Positions 24,601 to 39,600 of a stretch of DNA of 64,000 bases are shown piece by piece. The position numbers and the translations under genes are program-made. The notes beneath the pieces were generated by a model that worked only from the letters and a program-made list of their open reading frames with translations, was not told where the DNA came from and searched no databases. The DNA is from Phoronis australis (lineage: Eukaryota; Animalia; Phoronida), in contig NMRA01000384.1 of NCBI GenBank assembly GCA_002633005.1, positions 366,845-430,844 of the forward strand, read 5' to 3'. How positions within the stretch are numbered: position 1 is the first letter of the stretch; each line of letters starts with the position of its first letter.

Positions 24601-27600
24601 TTCAGCATCTTTCACTCTGCTGCCGCGAGCTTTCTTCAGCTCTCCTTCAGTCTTCCTCAGCTGCTCTCGCAGTTTGTCGGCATCCTTCTGAGCCTAAAAT
24701 GAAGGAATAAACAAAGTATTCGTTGACATCTAGAATGTGAATCACACTGACATCAAATGTCTCGGTTCGCCAAAAATGGTTATTTTTTACATCCCTTACA
24801 GTAAAGTTCACCAAAAAAATTCTTTGATAGGGTGAAGACTATACAGCTGCATGACTTGCAGATGATGGCAGGAGTATTGCCCGTTACATTGAATAACTTT
24901 TCACAAATCATACTATTAGTACTGGACACTCAAAAACCCAGGGACTGCAGCTGTTCTGTGATCACATTATACAAGTGATGAAACTTTTGCCTTCTCCCAC
25001 TAAACTAAAGCCACAGGCCTGTGAAGTGACAAAAATGATTCACCTGTTTTTCCCTTTCTTTTGCCCTTGCAGCTGCTTCTCTCTGCCTTCCGAGTTTGTT
25101 CAACAGGTGTCCTTCTAAGTCTGCTACCACCGCCCCCACTTGGTCACCCTGATGGGGAGGATTGGGTCGAGCCTGCAAAACCATAGATGTGTTTATACGC
25201 ATTGTCTGACGAAATGCAATGTGAAGATCTGCAAAACCAATGGAGTACATTTATTGAAATCACCATTACAAAATTTATCTAGTAATTGCATCCACTTTAA
25301 CTGTATTGTCCAAAAAATTTGAGACTTTTGAGAAAATTTTATGCGAGATTTGTTTCATATTTACGTTGTATCTCCTCATCACTTTCTGATAAACAAAAGG
25401 CTGTGAGAGACTTCTGTAACCACGACAATATCAACTTAATTATGTATAGAAAAAAACATACTTTACTTTTTACAGAACACGAAAATTGAATTCGGTTAAC
25501 TTTTTCAGCATGGGTGTTTTAACTCCTAAGTATGCTAAAAACTTGAACCAAAAAAAATGTGTCACTTTTACCAACACAATGTGTTCAGTCTCAAAACGTT
25601 AGTAGTGCTTCTTTGATGAGTTTCTTTGACCTTTATCCAGCGGCATTCAAGTTTGTCAACATTCCAGATGGAAGGTAAATGAAAAAGAGCACTAACCTGC
25701 CTTGAAAGTTCGCAGGAATTCTGCCTTGAAACATCACCAGTTTTATGTGAGAACAAACATCAATCTTTTCTTAAGACTCTGACCAATCTCACAGCATTCA
25801 TTGAGTAAGCTTTCAGATTTTACACAACTCGATTGATCAATGTTCAAGTCGAGCCTCCAGTGATAGTTGATGGCCCAACTATATCCAGAGCCCCCGCATA
25901 ACTCCCCTAAGCCCAGAGATCCCCACTNNNCCTCTCCTGGGCCTAGAGATCCCCACTACTTCCCACCTACTGCCATAAGGCCCAGAGATCTTCAATGCCC
26001 ACAACCTACTACCTCTGGGCCCAGAGATCTACAGTGCCCCCTAATAGCCTCTACTGGAACCAGATGGCCCCAATGGCTCCCACTTACCTCCCCAGAGTCC
26101 AGGTGATCCAGTAGTTGCTGGAATCTATACTCCAACTCTTCAGGAGACACTGTCTCTTCTGCTCTGTCTCTATCTCTTTCTGCAAGCTGCTGTCTCAGTT
26201 GGTCATTGGCACGCTGGAATTGGTAGTCAATGGGTTTATTTACAATAATGAGCTTTAAATAAATATACACAGATATGCTCCACTAAACCCAACTTCCATT
26301 TGAAATCAATCACATCCTGCTAGAAATTGATCTCCTCTTGAACCTTACTCAGACAAATGACACGTTATGGAAACTAAGCTCAACAAGTTGTTGTTTGATG
26401 CACAGAAAGTAACATGGCTGCATGGGACTAGATGGTACCAGGCCTGAACAGCAAATGGCATTACAAGACGATGCCACGCAGCTTAGCAAGAGAGATTATA
26501 ATAGAATATAAATCATGGCACTGATTCATACAGTGGATGAAACGAGTGGCAATGAGCCGGGTGGAACACATGCAGTTTCAGAAATAATTATTCAAGCGAG
26601 AACGCAAGAGATAGCTTAAATTTTGAAAAGTGGTGGAAAACACAACTTCGATATGAAACAGACTAAGAAATGTGTCAGCACACTGTCTTCTTTTATCCTT
26701 ACAATTTAAACATACAGCAATTTACCTTCAGCATGGAGTAAAATTAGACATAATCTGAATTACATGACCTTCTCACCTGAACTTCATTCAACTTTTCTGA
26801 CAGTTGGGCATTCCTCTGGTTTCCCTTAGCACCAATCTCGCGTCGATCTGCCTGATAACGGGAATTACAATTAAACAATCTTTGAAGCCAAACGATCAGA
26901 ATACACAAAAAAATAACTAAAAATAGGTTAATCTGTAGGCCCTTGTAGACTAGTTTGTCAATTGGGTCAAATGTCTACAAAACTGTACAAACTAACTTAG
27001 TCTGGTATCTATCTGAAAGTAAAAATCTGACAAAAAAAATTGGCAAAATTTCATTTGATATAAACGTTCAAGACGAAATCTTCAAAAGTACTAGTCTCTT
27101 AAAATATCATTTCGTTTAATTTCAATTGATGCAACTCTGGGAGTTTATGTATAAAAATTACAAGTCTTATTTTTGAAAGCCCTTCGTGAAAAATTAGTAA
27201 TAAAAGCAATTCCAAGCAGCATTTTGAACATTTAGTATCTGAAAGTTTCATACGACTCTGATACATGATGTTCTGAATTTTGCCAAACTTAAATATTTTT
27301 CGAGAATCCTGGATAACCTCAAGAAAACATGGATGATCTTGAGGTACAGTAACTGTTGTTCCTTTAAAGTATATTCAACAGGCACAGGTCCCTTGTTCAT
27401 AAAATCACACAACTAAAAGTGAACATCGATATTTCTTGGTCCATCTGAGAATCAAATCGAAACTACAACCTTTGCAGTAGTAGCCCAATCTCAACTGCTG
27501 AGTCAAATCCTACATGTTAATTGGCAGAGCAATTAAACAAATAGGGAATTAGTAACAAAATCACAAAAAAAACACTTTGTTGGACTTTGTTTTTTTTATA

Positions 27601-30600
27601 GCTCTGGTCAAAGCTAATAACTTCAAGAAGTCTATCCCATCCAGCAACAAGGCCATCTGCGACATTACCAATGACAACGTTATGTATCTGCCCCTCGGCA
27701 GTTGCAATGCAACACTTGGCCAGTAGAGCTAAAATCAAGTGTGGTCAGACAAGTATTTTAAGGGTATTAACTTAATTGATAAGGCTACCAGCTTCAAATT
27801 CAGTTAATTCTATGAAATGTCCTGAAGTCAGTCTCATTAAGCAATTTCTAACGAAATCAAAAAACGGCATATTTTATTTTGATTAGCGGTTTTGTAGCTC
27901 TGGTCAAACACAAAACCTTCATAGCAGACTTTCAATACCAAGCCAGATGTGAAAAGACACGTAAAAGACCAAAGCCACAATAACACACATACTACAGACA
28001 TTAAAAATAATGTGTTCAGTAAGCACAACAAATCTTAGGCAATAAATTGTTTTCTGGAATTATTAACTACCGGATGCTAAGTCTTTACTGTGAGAGGACA
28101 AACAAAACACTGAAGAAAATTCAATTCCCTCACCGCAGCCATTTTCCGTGCATCTTCAAGTTCTCGTCGAAGCCGATCAACCTCATTTTCAGCGGCTTCC
28201 AGTTGTGACGCCATCTGTGGGTCCACCTGATCTTGAAGTGTCTCGTTAAGTTGGCGTTGATCACCCAAGGTCTGTTCCAATTCCTGCATTTTCTAGAAAA
28301 ATCATAATTTATTTCACATTTAAGTTTTAGCCACACTCTTTAACCAGTATTGCTTAAACCTAAAATCCTGTAATATGAGACTTAGTAATAACCCTATCGC
28401 AAGCTCTGCCCCCTTGTGAAATGTCAACAAACAAACAATACGTTTTACCACATAATGTGTTTTTTGTCAAATGGCGGCTTGGAAACAAAGGTGTTTCAAG
28501 AAAGCTGCATTCTGATTGGTCAGTTCAGCCGTCACTCAAAATTCTGGCGATAGGTCAATTCCTAGCCATTACAGCTTCACTTTGAGCATAGAGCTGGAAT
28601 TCAGGCTACAGGAACGAACATGATTCAAAAACTCGTGAAGAGAGCTCAATGATTCACAAACACAGCCCTGCACTCACAAAACACAGAATCATTAGGCATC
28701 CAAAAACCAGGCATCTGTACACGTCTCACAAATTCATCACTTAGGCATGTTGGTAAGTGTGGCGTGTTTTTGAGTGAGTAGGCCGTGTGTTATGAGTGTG
28801 GGCAGTGTTAGTTAAGCAGTGAGAAGAGCTTACAAGTCCGCGGGCCGTGTTCATGAGAGAGTAAGCAGCGTTGTTCTGGTCATCAGAAGGTTTGAAAACC
28901 TCAACTGAATTGAAGCGATTAAATATTGGGCTAGCCAGTCCAGTGATTATATGAAGCATGGTAGACTGTTAGGTGCTCAGGAAGTTACCATAATCCAACT
29001 TAAATACTACCATGAGTTCACAACCATGTTTAAGCCTGGTCTGCACCACAAATGTTGGACATATCATGTGATGTGGCCAACAGGGGGTGTGCAGATCAGA
29101 CTTTAAAATGTCTGTGATCTGTATTTCCATGCCCCTTCAAGAAATTAATTATTTATATACTACCATGGGTTTTGATAAAAAGAACTAAAATATCAGGAAA
29201 ATCTTCAGATTCTTAAATCAAAATGGTATCATTTGGATATCTTTTCTAGTTGTAATCATAATATTCACACACACCATACCTTTCTAAGATTTACTAACTC
29301 CCCTGCCTCTGTATCCAAGATGCTCATTTCATTCTCCAATTGCCCGACCCGTTCTTGTAACTCATCGCGTTCCCGCACAAGTCTATCCAAGTCCTGTCTC
29401 TGCTGTTCCGCCTTCCTGCCTTGTCCGGCCAAGTAGTCCTGTAGGCCGCGCACCACCGACTCCAGCTCCTGACGCACTTCATCATTCACAGCAGCTTGAC
29501 CTGCAAATGATATCAGTTGATCCGGGTTACGGCACCAACACACAATGAAACAATTCCAAGGCAAGCATGCAACTGAATATCTTATGACAGAGACACTTGG
29601 GCTGTCCTTTATTGTCGTTTGTCTGCATGAGACAACTAATTTATCTCTAAGAATTGCATTATGCGATGTCTTAATTAACACACTTTAAATTTGGATCTAC
29701 GATGGACTATGCAGCAAAACTGCAAGATTTAACTTCAATTCAATGTCCAGTCATACACCAGTTTCAGTGTGACTGCAGCTTGACTGTCTGACATGACCCC
29801 ATGCGTTAATGATCACACCTAAAGCCTGAATTAACAAGTAACAGCATGCACACTTAGGGCAATACCTTACAAATGAAAGCAAAGTCACACATGAGAAAGA
29901 ACCAAAAAGCACGTACCAGACACATAAAGAGGCATCAAGCCTACTTTAGAATACATAAATTTCCCATACAGCATGTACCAATAGGAATGCTAATATTTTT
30001 CCGTCTATGTGTCTGTTGCAAAATAGGATAGATTAATAATGAAAGCCAACAATGGTTAAAACCAATAAAGCACCAGACAAACCGAGGACCTAAACTGATG
30101 AAGCCTTTATTCAATAGCACTACTTAAGTATATTCCAAGCAGCATGGTACACCAAGTTGAAAAATTGCTGTTCAGTCTGAATTTTCAAGGTCACATGACA
30201 TGATCAAGATAAGGCAACAAAAAGTGATAAATATCTGTTAATATTTTGCAGAGAAGCTTTTTGAAATTCAGGAAGAAATACACACCAACTTACCGCGTAC
30301 TTAGGAAGCACAGAAAGTATTGCACCGCGTTACAATCAACATTTCATTACAACTAGTCAAAAACATACTGGCATCTGAGCAGCTTGTTCTATGTTAGCAT
30401 ATTGAACTGGTGATAAAAGCGGGGAATTGGTAGGATGTGTTTTTGATCCCAGAACAAATTTTATGTTTCTATACATTATAAAGCGTGACTTATTTAATCC
30501 TCAATTTCATGGAATAACTACTACAGCTTTAATACACTATCAGATGACAGGATGATGTTTTACCAAATCCCAAACAAAAGTCAATTTTTCCCAATTTTTC

Positions 30601-33600
30601 CACGTTTTTTAAATTCCTGTCAGTTGCTTGCCTGGAAAATTGATGAAATAGCCTCTAAACTATCCGACTTCAAAAATATTCTGATTCAGGCCGAGTTTAA
30701 AATGTCACACATCAGACAAGGTATACAGTGAGGAAAGTATTTCAACCACAACCCTTCATTCACCGTCGATGGTAATTTTTCACTTGAAATATTGAATACA
30801 ACCTCCCTAAACATGTGATGCCAAAAAAATTAAAAACCATAAAACAATGTGTCTGCATGTTACCCTTAAAGTTGCCCAACATTCCACTAACAAATAAGAA
30901 TTGGTGGACGGATGCATCCTTCTGCTGCTTCTGTGGCAGACTGTCTCCCACCTTTACAGCTCAATTAACTTTTGTATATTTTATTGATATCTGTCACAGT
31001 TAAGCTTTACTCAGTCATAATATATATGACCTTTTATCTCACCTTCACAATAGAGCCATACCTTCAGTTAGCTGTCGTTCGAGATCTTTGATTCCCTGCG
31101 TCTCCGCGGCAATGCGTCTCATCATTTCTTCTAGTTCCCTCTGTAGGTCATCGTAGAGTTGACTACGTGCGCTCAACTGCTGCTCTTCGTCTACCATTTC
31201 AGCCTTGACCTTGGGCTGTGCACAGAAAATTGAAATACTAGTTGATTAAAGCTCTACTGGGCGGGATATGTGAGAACTGAAAATGCACCACGACTTCAAA
31301 TGAAAATAAAAACGTTCGTGATTATTAAATATGCTTACTGAAGTAGGCATTCCTCTACGTCAAACATTAAAATGGGTGAAGTCAAGCCCATCTTTAAGTG
31401 AGAATGAATGCAAGTTTGGAGAAATGGATAACCAACTAAAGCCTTTGAGAAGGTTTATTATGGCAAAACAACGAGAGATGCACTCAGATCACATAATTAT
31501 TGTTAGGAAAACATATATTACAGTAAAGTCTGTTTCTGACCCATATGAAAATGAAATAAAACAAGACTTGCCATGTGATATTCCGTCCCAACATAATAGG
31601 CTTACTAGATGTGAGCGTCGGGGATGTACATGGATTGCGCAGTTTTGTGTCAATATCTGAACACTGTGAAAATACTGTCTGAAAGACATTATCGATTTTA
31701 CGACTGAAAAACAGTCATGTTTGGGCTCGATGTTGGATGAAATAATTTCTTGAAATTATTAGTATTGACCAAAGAACGACATAAAACAAAATCCAGTGCT
31801 GGTGTCTTCACCACTAAAATACACTTAAAATTCTCCACTATCTAATGCATGGGATTTGGCTCAGCGGCAGAACATTTGGCTCTTACTGCCATGCTAAGTG
31901 GGTTCTTGATTCCACCCTACTACTAATTTCAGTTAGCAAATTACTTTTCTTACCAATAATGTCCCTTTAAAATATGTCACTTGCCAAAAGAGTATTTCAT
32001 AAATGTGTTTCAGCAGCACTGGTCAGTACCGCACGATTCATCTTACATACTTACATACAGATGATCGCGACTGTTCATTCGCCGCAACTGACCGCGCAAG
32101 TTATGGACTGTCTGCTCTGACACGTGCAGCTGACTGCGTGTACGTTTCATTTCATCCTCTATTTTCTCGGCTTCTTCTCTCAATTCGTTAACCTATGTGA
32201 AAATACCGATTATGATTTTCCAAATCCATTATTATAGCCATTTGTAGCAATGGTCACTTAACATCATCAGTAAGTATTCCCAGTCAAGGCCAGGTGATAT
32301 CCAATCAATCTTGTGTAAACACCAAACTGCAATGGCCGAGTGTACGGATATGGAACACCAGAAAAGACAATAACTTTTTGATTCTAAGAAATAGATTTTT
32401 ACATCATGATGATTCTCAACTCCTGAATATTACAACAGCGCATTTTGCTGTGAAAAACCAACACTTTCGAATGTCTGTAACTCTAAATAGTATTTTTTCA
32501 ATTCTTCAATTTTGGCTGAGCTACATCGCACGTTTCTAAAAGTAAGTACAATAATATTTTTGACCTTCACAAGATTATAATTCTTCCCAATCCGAAATTC
32601 ATTTTAATTAAACCGTGGCGTATGTCACAGGTCATTGGATGACAAAAATGCAGGGTTCAGTGGCAAGTGATCAAATGAGAAAAGCCGCAATACTCACAGT
32701 GAATATTTTCTGTCTCAACTCTTGTTGAATGTTTTCCTTCAAAGGTTCAGGCAATTGTTGACGAGGTAGAGCGTTGGTAGCACGACTCAACTCCTCAGTC
32801 ACTTGCGCCATCTGTTGTTCACGTTTGTCAAGCTCTTGCTGTAACTTCTCCAACTTGTCCTCGGCTGTAAACAAGGGAGACAATTGTCGTTTAAGGGAGA
32901 CGAATGTCGTTCAAAGGAGAAAGACCAAACACCATGCCCTACCATCTCTTCCGGTGTAGACGAAATAACACACTAGAAAACAGTTCAACCTACGCTTATT
33001 AAGTTCACTGAATTGTGAGATCGAACTTTACATTGAATTTAGTACTTACATTGAGATAACACATTGTTAACATGTTATGGTCACTAAATTGTACGCTTTG
33101 ACTCCTCAATACAAAATTTCTATTCTTGCATTAGATCATCAGTCAATACAAACCTGTCTGTTTTTCATTAGGTCATTAGTCAATACAAACCTGTCCGTTT
33201 TACATTAGGTCATCAGTCAATACAAACCTGTCCGTTTTTTATTAGGTCAACAGTCAATACATAGAATTCTAGAACTGGATTGCCAGTTTTGATCACGCAT
33301 GGCTGAGGTCACACCGCGCATGGGTGGGTGATTTTCATTCATTTCTTCCTCAGAATATTTTATGGCCTATTGGTCTAAAGCATTGGAATTAGAGATTTGG
33401 GAAGTTGGCTGTGGGTACTACCACAGCTTCGTTGACAAGCGAAGCGAAAAGCCAACTAAAACAGATTACAATAATTTCAAAAATTTTACAATTGTCTCAA
33501 AATAAACCAACATGATTGAGCACCACCTGAGCTCTAATATGATACCAAAATCATATACCTAAGACAAGCAATAACGAAAGCACAGTCAGACACTTTTAAG

Positions 33601-36600
33601 GAAGTCTCTATCATGAAGAATTAGGGGTGGGCGGTAAGACGAGCCTGGGCGCTTAAAAATGAAAAATTGAAATTTTCGGGGTGGGCGGTACGCCGAGCAT
33701 GGGCGGTCGCCCGGATGAGTACGGTATTTCTAACACTGGGCCAATGGGAAAAGTGTCACCTACTTCACCATTACTAAACCTTTTTGCAATTTTGTCGTTT
33801 TTCAACCGAATTGCATCAAGTCAGTTGAAAGACCTCTATGAACTCTTTATTTATTGACACTAATATCATACACAGATGTAGGAGAGTATGATTATTTGAC
33901 AAATTCACACACACACGCACGCACGCACACACACATTCAAGCAAAAACACATTTCGAGACCAGATATAAAGTGTAAATTAACAAATAATCAAAGAAACAA
34001 ACGAGACACAGAGGAACGTCTTCTACTGATTTTTTCATAAGGGTGTGCTACACACCCTTGACAAAGAGGGCATTCATATATTTGAAAGTATTGAAACAAA
34101 TCCTTCCTAAAATGTTCAGTTGAAGGAGTAACATTTCTCAGCCTTGGGCAATAAATGTGATACTTACCCAAATAATGAGTGATCTGAATTAATTTATTCA
34201 ACATTGTACTTTTACAATTGAAAGAAAATATCCGTAGAGGAGAGTGTGAGTCGTCGCTATTAGACACCAGTTTTAACGGATATATAAATCTTATATTGTA
34301 CGTAGCTTACCAAGGTCAATTTCCTTCTGCTTGTCCGAGAGCTGTGCGTCCAAAGCCTGATGTAGTTTTCCTCGCACTTCTTCGTCCATACTTGACGATT
34401 CGCCACGGCTGTCATTCCTGAGTGACCTCATTCTAACTGGCTGACCATGATTGGGCGTTGATGTCTCAAAGGCAAACTTATTATGTTTGTAGCGAGCCTT
34501 ACCTATGTAGGGACTTTCCCCAATGAGGCCTTCACCTTCAAATTCCTGCTGCTACAGTAAAGGGACAAAGTACAGAACATAATTGGAAAGTATCCACAAT
34601 TAAAGCATATTGTGTCTGTAGGCACAGTAAGACTTTTAAGTATAATTATAATATTTTAGACCATATAAGAACCTTAGTTTTCAAATTGTGTGCAGTGAGC
34701 TCTTAGGCGGGTGGTAAAGCTGGGTCAAATCTTTCACAGATGATCATTTGAGTTTACTGTGCCTAGGGGGCTCCTGCATTCTGGTCATCACAGGCTTCAT
34801 CTGATGTTATTAGGATTGTCTTGAGCCTGGCTATGGATTCCAGTGCATATTAAACCTATCACAACCCTGATCCTCGATTGAGGTGGGGTAGACCAGACTA
34901 GATATGTAACGCAGTGATAGTTCATGTGTACACTGCGGGATATCATACAGTCAACAAATACCACTGACTGTAATTCTTCACATGTCAATATAATTATGCT
35001 TATCCTATAGTTTGACTTCAGCACAAAAATGTGTAAAATTGAATACCGCAATCACTGCATTTACAAACCTCTCCGTTGGTTGCGTCAGGGATTGTGCCTA
35101 ACTGAGCGAACTTGTGGTCTATTTTGTAAAACGCTAATTCTTGCTCCAGTTCATAATGTTTCTCACATGCCTTGGTCAACTCGGCCGTTTTTCTTTTCAA
35201 CTGAAACATTCAAAGAGCAAAATGAAGGAACTGACACACGTAATGAAAGGCGCCCAACCATCAAGTAAAAGAGACTGATTTCTATAGATTGACAGCAGTT
35301 ACAGACTTCCGCGAGCAGTGAATGAACACTATTTTGTGCGAAATGGTTGAACTACAAAACACTATCAAGTAATCGCTCGATGACTCAAGCCCTCTCTGCT
35401 TGGCCCAAAGGCCACAAGGGGGCACTAGTAGAAACCAAACATGAAGTTGTTGTAACCTAATAGACAATTCCAAATTTTTTTTCCGTCCACAGTCTCAGAA
35501 GAGCTCAATGTGTGGGAACTTTTACAATTTTTTTCTCACCAGATCATTTTTCGTTTCTAGTTGCTGCTCCAAATCTTGAACACGAGCCTCTGCCTTTTTC
35601 CCCGACCTCTTGACCTCTGTGCTCTTGCTCTTCGCCATCTTGACCTCTGCCATTGACTTGTTGTGCTGATCTTCCAGCTCGGCATAACGTTTCTCAGCTT
35701 CCTCCAGGAGGCGCTCTAGTTGCTCAATCTCCTCTACAGTGGCAGTAAATGTCACGTATTAAACTATACAGTGTATGCCCAAAATAACCGAGCATAACTC
35801 AGTTTCTCACTATTTCAGCTGGAGCACATTCTGGTTTCAGATTTCATTTGGTGACCTGGTTAAAATCTCAAATTGCCATGAAGTGGGTGCAAAAAACAAC
35901 AAAAACTCCGTCTGGGTGATCTCGGGTATACCAGCGGAAATTTCCCAAGTTCGCCGGCTTTTCAATTTTTGACTCCTGCCAACAAGGTTTGGCAATGTCA
36001 ATTTCCTGAGAGATTTGCCAGGTCATATTTTGCGAGTTGATAGTTATGCTAATCATCAGGCCATGACGTGCCAAAAGTAATCGAAACAAATTCTCGCAGC
36101 CCCCAGTCATAACAACCGAGTGCAAGTGGGGTTCCTCGCTGGTTCCCTAAGTGCTTAGCCAGCACGCAGGTATCACGCAGTGGCACGCACTTTAGCATTG
36201 GTTGATGTAACCTCAGCAGTCATTGGTTAGCTTTACAACACCGTGAAAAATAGCATATTGTGAATGATTTTTAGCCTTGCTATGCAAGTGGCGTCACAGC
36301 AACTACAAACTTCGTTTCTGCAGTGATGTTTAATAGCCGCGTACTTGAAGCACATACATGTACAATAAACACATATCTGGACAATTTAATTGATGTCACG
36401 GTGTTATTCATACTGTATGAATACAAGACAGTATCGTAAACAAAAGTCATCGACAGTAGAAACATGTACTCCGAAAAGACGCAATCACAATTTCTAGGAT
36501 TCTCATTTCCAGAACACAAATTTTAAGCACCGATTTGTCTGTACAACACACCGCATTTACACTCAGTCCATCAGTCATGCCAGTTTGTTTGCCTAAAGCG

Positions 36601-39600
36601 CTGCATATTGAGATATCGACTAGCCAATCAGAAACGCCGCTGTAAAAAAATTTCCCGAGGAAAATTAAGTGATACCTGCGTGCTAGCTAATAACCACCTA
36701 GCGGCACGCAGGGAACCAGTGAGGTGGAGTTCCCCATCAACGTAGCTGGAATGATGAGTCAGGAAGGTTTATTACCAAACATGACATACCTAGACAGTCT
36801 TGACAAGGAAATGAAATCGACCACTTACTTTCGAGGTGCACTATACTCCAATGATGGATTTTGTTTGCTTTAAATTGCCGTGAAGGCAAATTTTGGGTTC
36901 TCAATGCATGAGCTTTACGTTGAAACAAAGCAGCATACCGACTTAATTTAGAGAGTGAGAGAATTTCTGGAATATGGAATACTGGTCAAATTGGAAACGA
37001 GATTCATTTTACGCGACAGTGTCTTGTCATTGGAGATGTACGCCGAAATTTTCTGCCGAATGGGACAGATGATGCCAAGGTAATTCGACTGTTTCAAAGC
37101 CATGATTTTTGTGCATTGAAAAGCCTGGCTATGAGCTGACATTTTATCATTGTAAAGTTGTAATTACTGTAAACTGTATTATGAGCCCAAGGTATACATA
37201 CAATGAACAGTTCTGATTCTGATTACCTACTCAGTCCTCATAGTGTAAGAACCCTAAATATATTTATTAATTCTTGTTATTACCTTGTTCAAATCTGTTA
37301 CGCGCCTCGTCCCTCTCCGCTGCCTCCACAGACAGACCATCGACGACCTCTAGTGAGCGCAAATGGAAGATGATGTACAGACGGCCATGAGGGAGATCGG
37401 ACAACGGGTTGTCCACGACATTCAGCTGCACAAGGTCTTTGAGAGGCTTCAGTTTAGTCAACTCGTTCAGCTGGAGAGAAAATAGAGATAATTGCTATGG
37501 GATTTTAAGGCTATCCTTTCATTGGACATAGTATAGTGGCTTTGGAATAGGACAGATTTCAGCAGAACTCAGTCTGACCTTTGAAGCAGTTTACACCAGA
37601 GTAATTTAGGGATAAGATGACCATTTTGATACTGAGCTTAAGATTTTTTTAATTATTTCACATCATTGTATAGCGTTGCTTTTGAAGCAGGCAGAACTCC
37701 AAAACTAAACAGAAATCCCTTCTAATTAGAATAATGAACAAGTCCAGACCATTTAAAATTTTAATCACAGGCTGCAGTTTAATTAAATCAAAAATTAACG
37801 TTTGGTAAGAAGGTGGACGTACAACATGTTAAAATCAAAGCACGTCTTCGCATTTTGTTATCAAATAAACACCGCATGGTACATGGTGGCTTGATGAGAT
37901 TTCAGTCGGTTGCTTGAAACAAACCAAATTTCAATGCTCACCGAAGCAAGCTGATTCTTGGCAATTCTCAGCACACGCAATGCCTTCAGCCTCTTGCCCA
38001 GCCACACAGGTATGTGTTGGATGTTGTTACCCGTCAGATTCAACACCTGGAGATTAACCAGAGACTCCAGGCCCTCAATCTTGGTGAGGAGGTTGAATGA
38101 GAGGTTAAGCTCGCGGAGCCGAGTAAGGCGGTCAAGACGATCCATCTTCTCGATCACGTTGCAGCTGAGATTAAGGCTCTCCAGTCGTCGCAGAGAATCA
38201 AGGTTCTCGATATACTGTAAAATTTAATGAAAATTATATTCAGGCTTCTTTAAAATAGAACCGTTTTCCCATGATAATAGAAAACAAACAGAATCTGTCA
38301 TCTTCGGACAGGTAATTGGAGATTATGAACAGAATTACAGTCTGAGAACCAGACACCATAATACTAATATTTTTGTTTAAATCTACCAAAATTTGATAAT
38401 ATAATCCATCTAGTATATTGTTGGATGTATTCTGGACACACATCGATTGATCAGCATTTTGCAGCAGACACGTTCAAGTAATTGTTAATTCTTTATGAAG
38501 ATTTTGAGAAACAATGAACAATGAACAATGATAGGGATCAATAAATTATCAGAAAACAAAGCTGCAGCATGATTCAGAGGAACATATTAGGCAATTCCCA
38601 GATTTTTACTTATAGTTTTGAAATAAATTATTAAAATGGAAAAAAAATGTAAGTTTCAGTTTCCTAAAACAGATTTTTCTGATTTTTAAAACGGAAAACC
38701 AGTGTCTAAAAATAATTGCATTATTGCACACTTATATCTAAAATAATATCTTTTGAATAAAAATTGACACATGCTACAGTTATTCACTGGGTAGGTTTAA
38801 CACTGCCCAGACCTTAACAGCATTGTTCAACAATGACAGCATGATATAACATTGTGGGACGTTAATGTCACCGTAGAGCTCTACCTTAATTTTCTTCTCT
38901 CCTTCTTGACTGAACGACAAGTTAAGAGTTGTTATCATCTCCAGGTTGTGTTGCTTGGTAACTCGCCGAATCATGTCTTCCGTGATGTAGCGAACACCCG
39001 GTATTTTACCTGAGAAATGGAAAGTGTTCAACGTCACATTTACCACAGTTGAGTCACGTAGCTTCACTAGAAAAGTTCAAGTAGTTTTTTCTTAAAGATA
39101 AAATCGCTAATAATACCGAGTTTACCAAAAAGTTCCCAAGTCAGTGATGAAATGGATTTTGTTGTGACAGGTTTGGCTCGAGGTTGCGACAAATTTGAAA
39201 AACACAAAACAACAGGTTTGAGGTGGTGACAGATGAGTCATGAGTTCTGTATGGAAACATTCATTGGTGTCTGCAACCAGTTCAATTTCATTTGAAATTC
39301 CTCATTATGCTTAAGTTCAACTCCTCAAGAATGCGGGCCTACCTTTTCATACAAGTATGCAAACTTAAAAATTCTCATATAGTTCGGTAAAATCTTACCA
39401 ATCTCAGACAAAATAATTGCCAAATATGGTCAATTTCTTCATTTTTCAAAGTCTTTTAGCATTATTCTGAATACCAATACTACTCAAACCCCATCTGGTG
39501 CCAAGTATGGAATGAAACTTGAAATTGGTAAAGCATGCTTCCTATCATAAAAAAGAAATGTAATGTAAGTTCACGTATCCACCATGTTGTATTCAATTGG

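Noticed and set aside
33129-33260. CRISPR-like appearance of short repeats (also 50349-50420, 25880-26092)
   Set aside because: Head-to-tail units without unique spacers, no cas genes, eukaryotic context.
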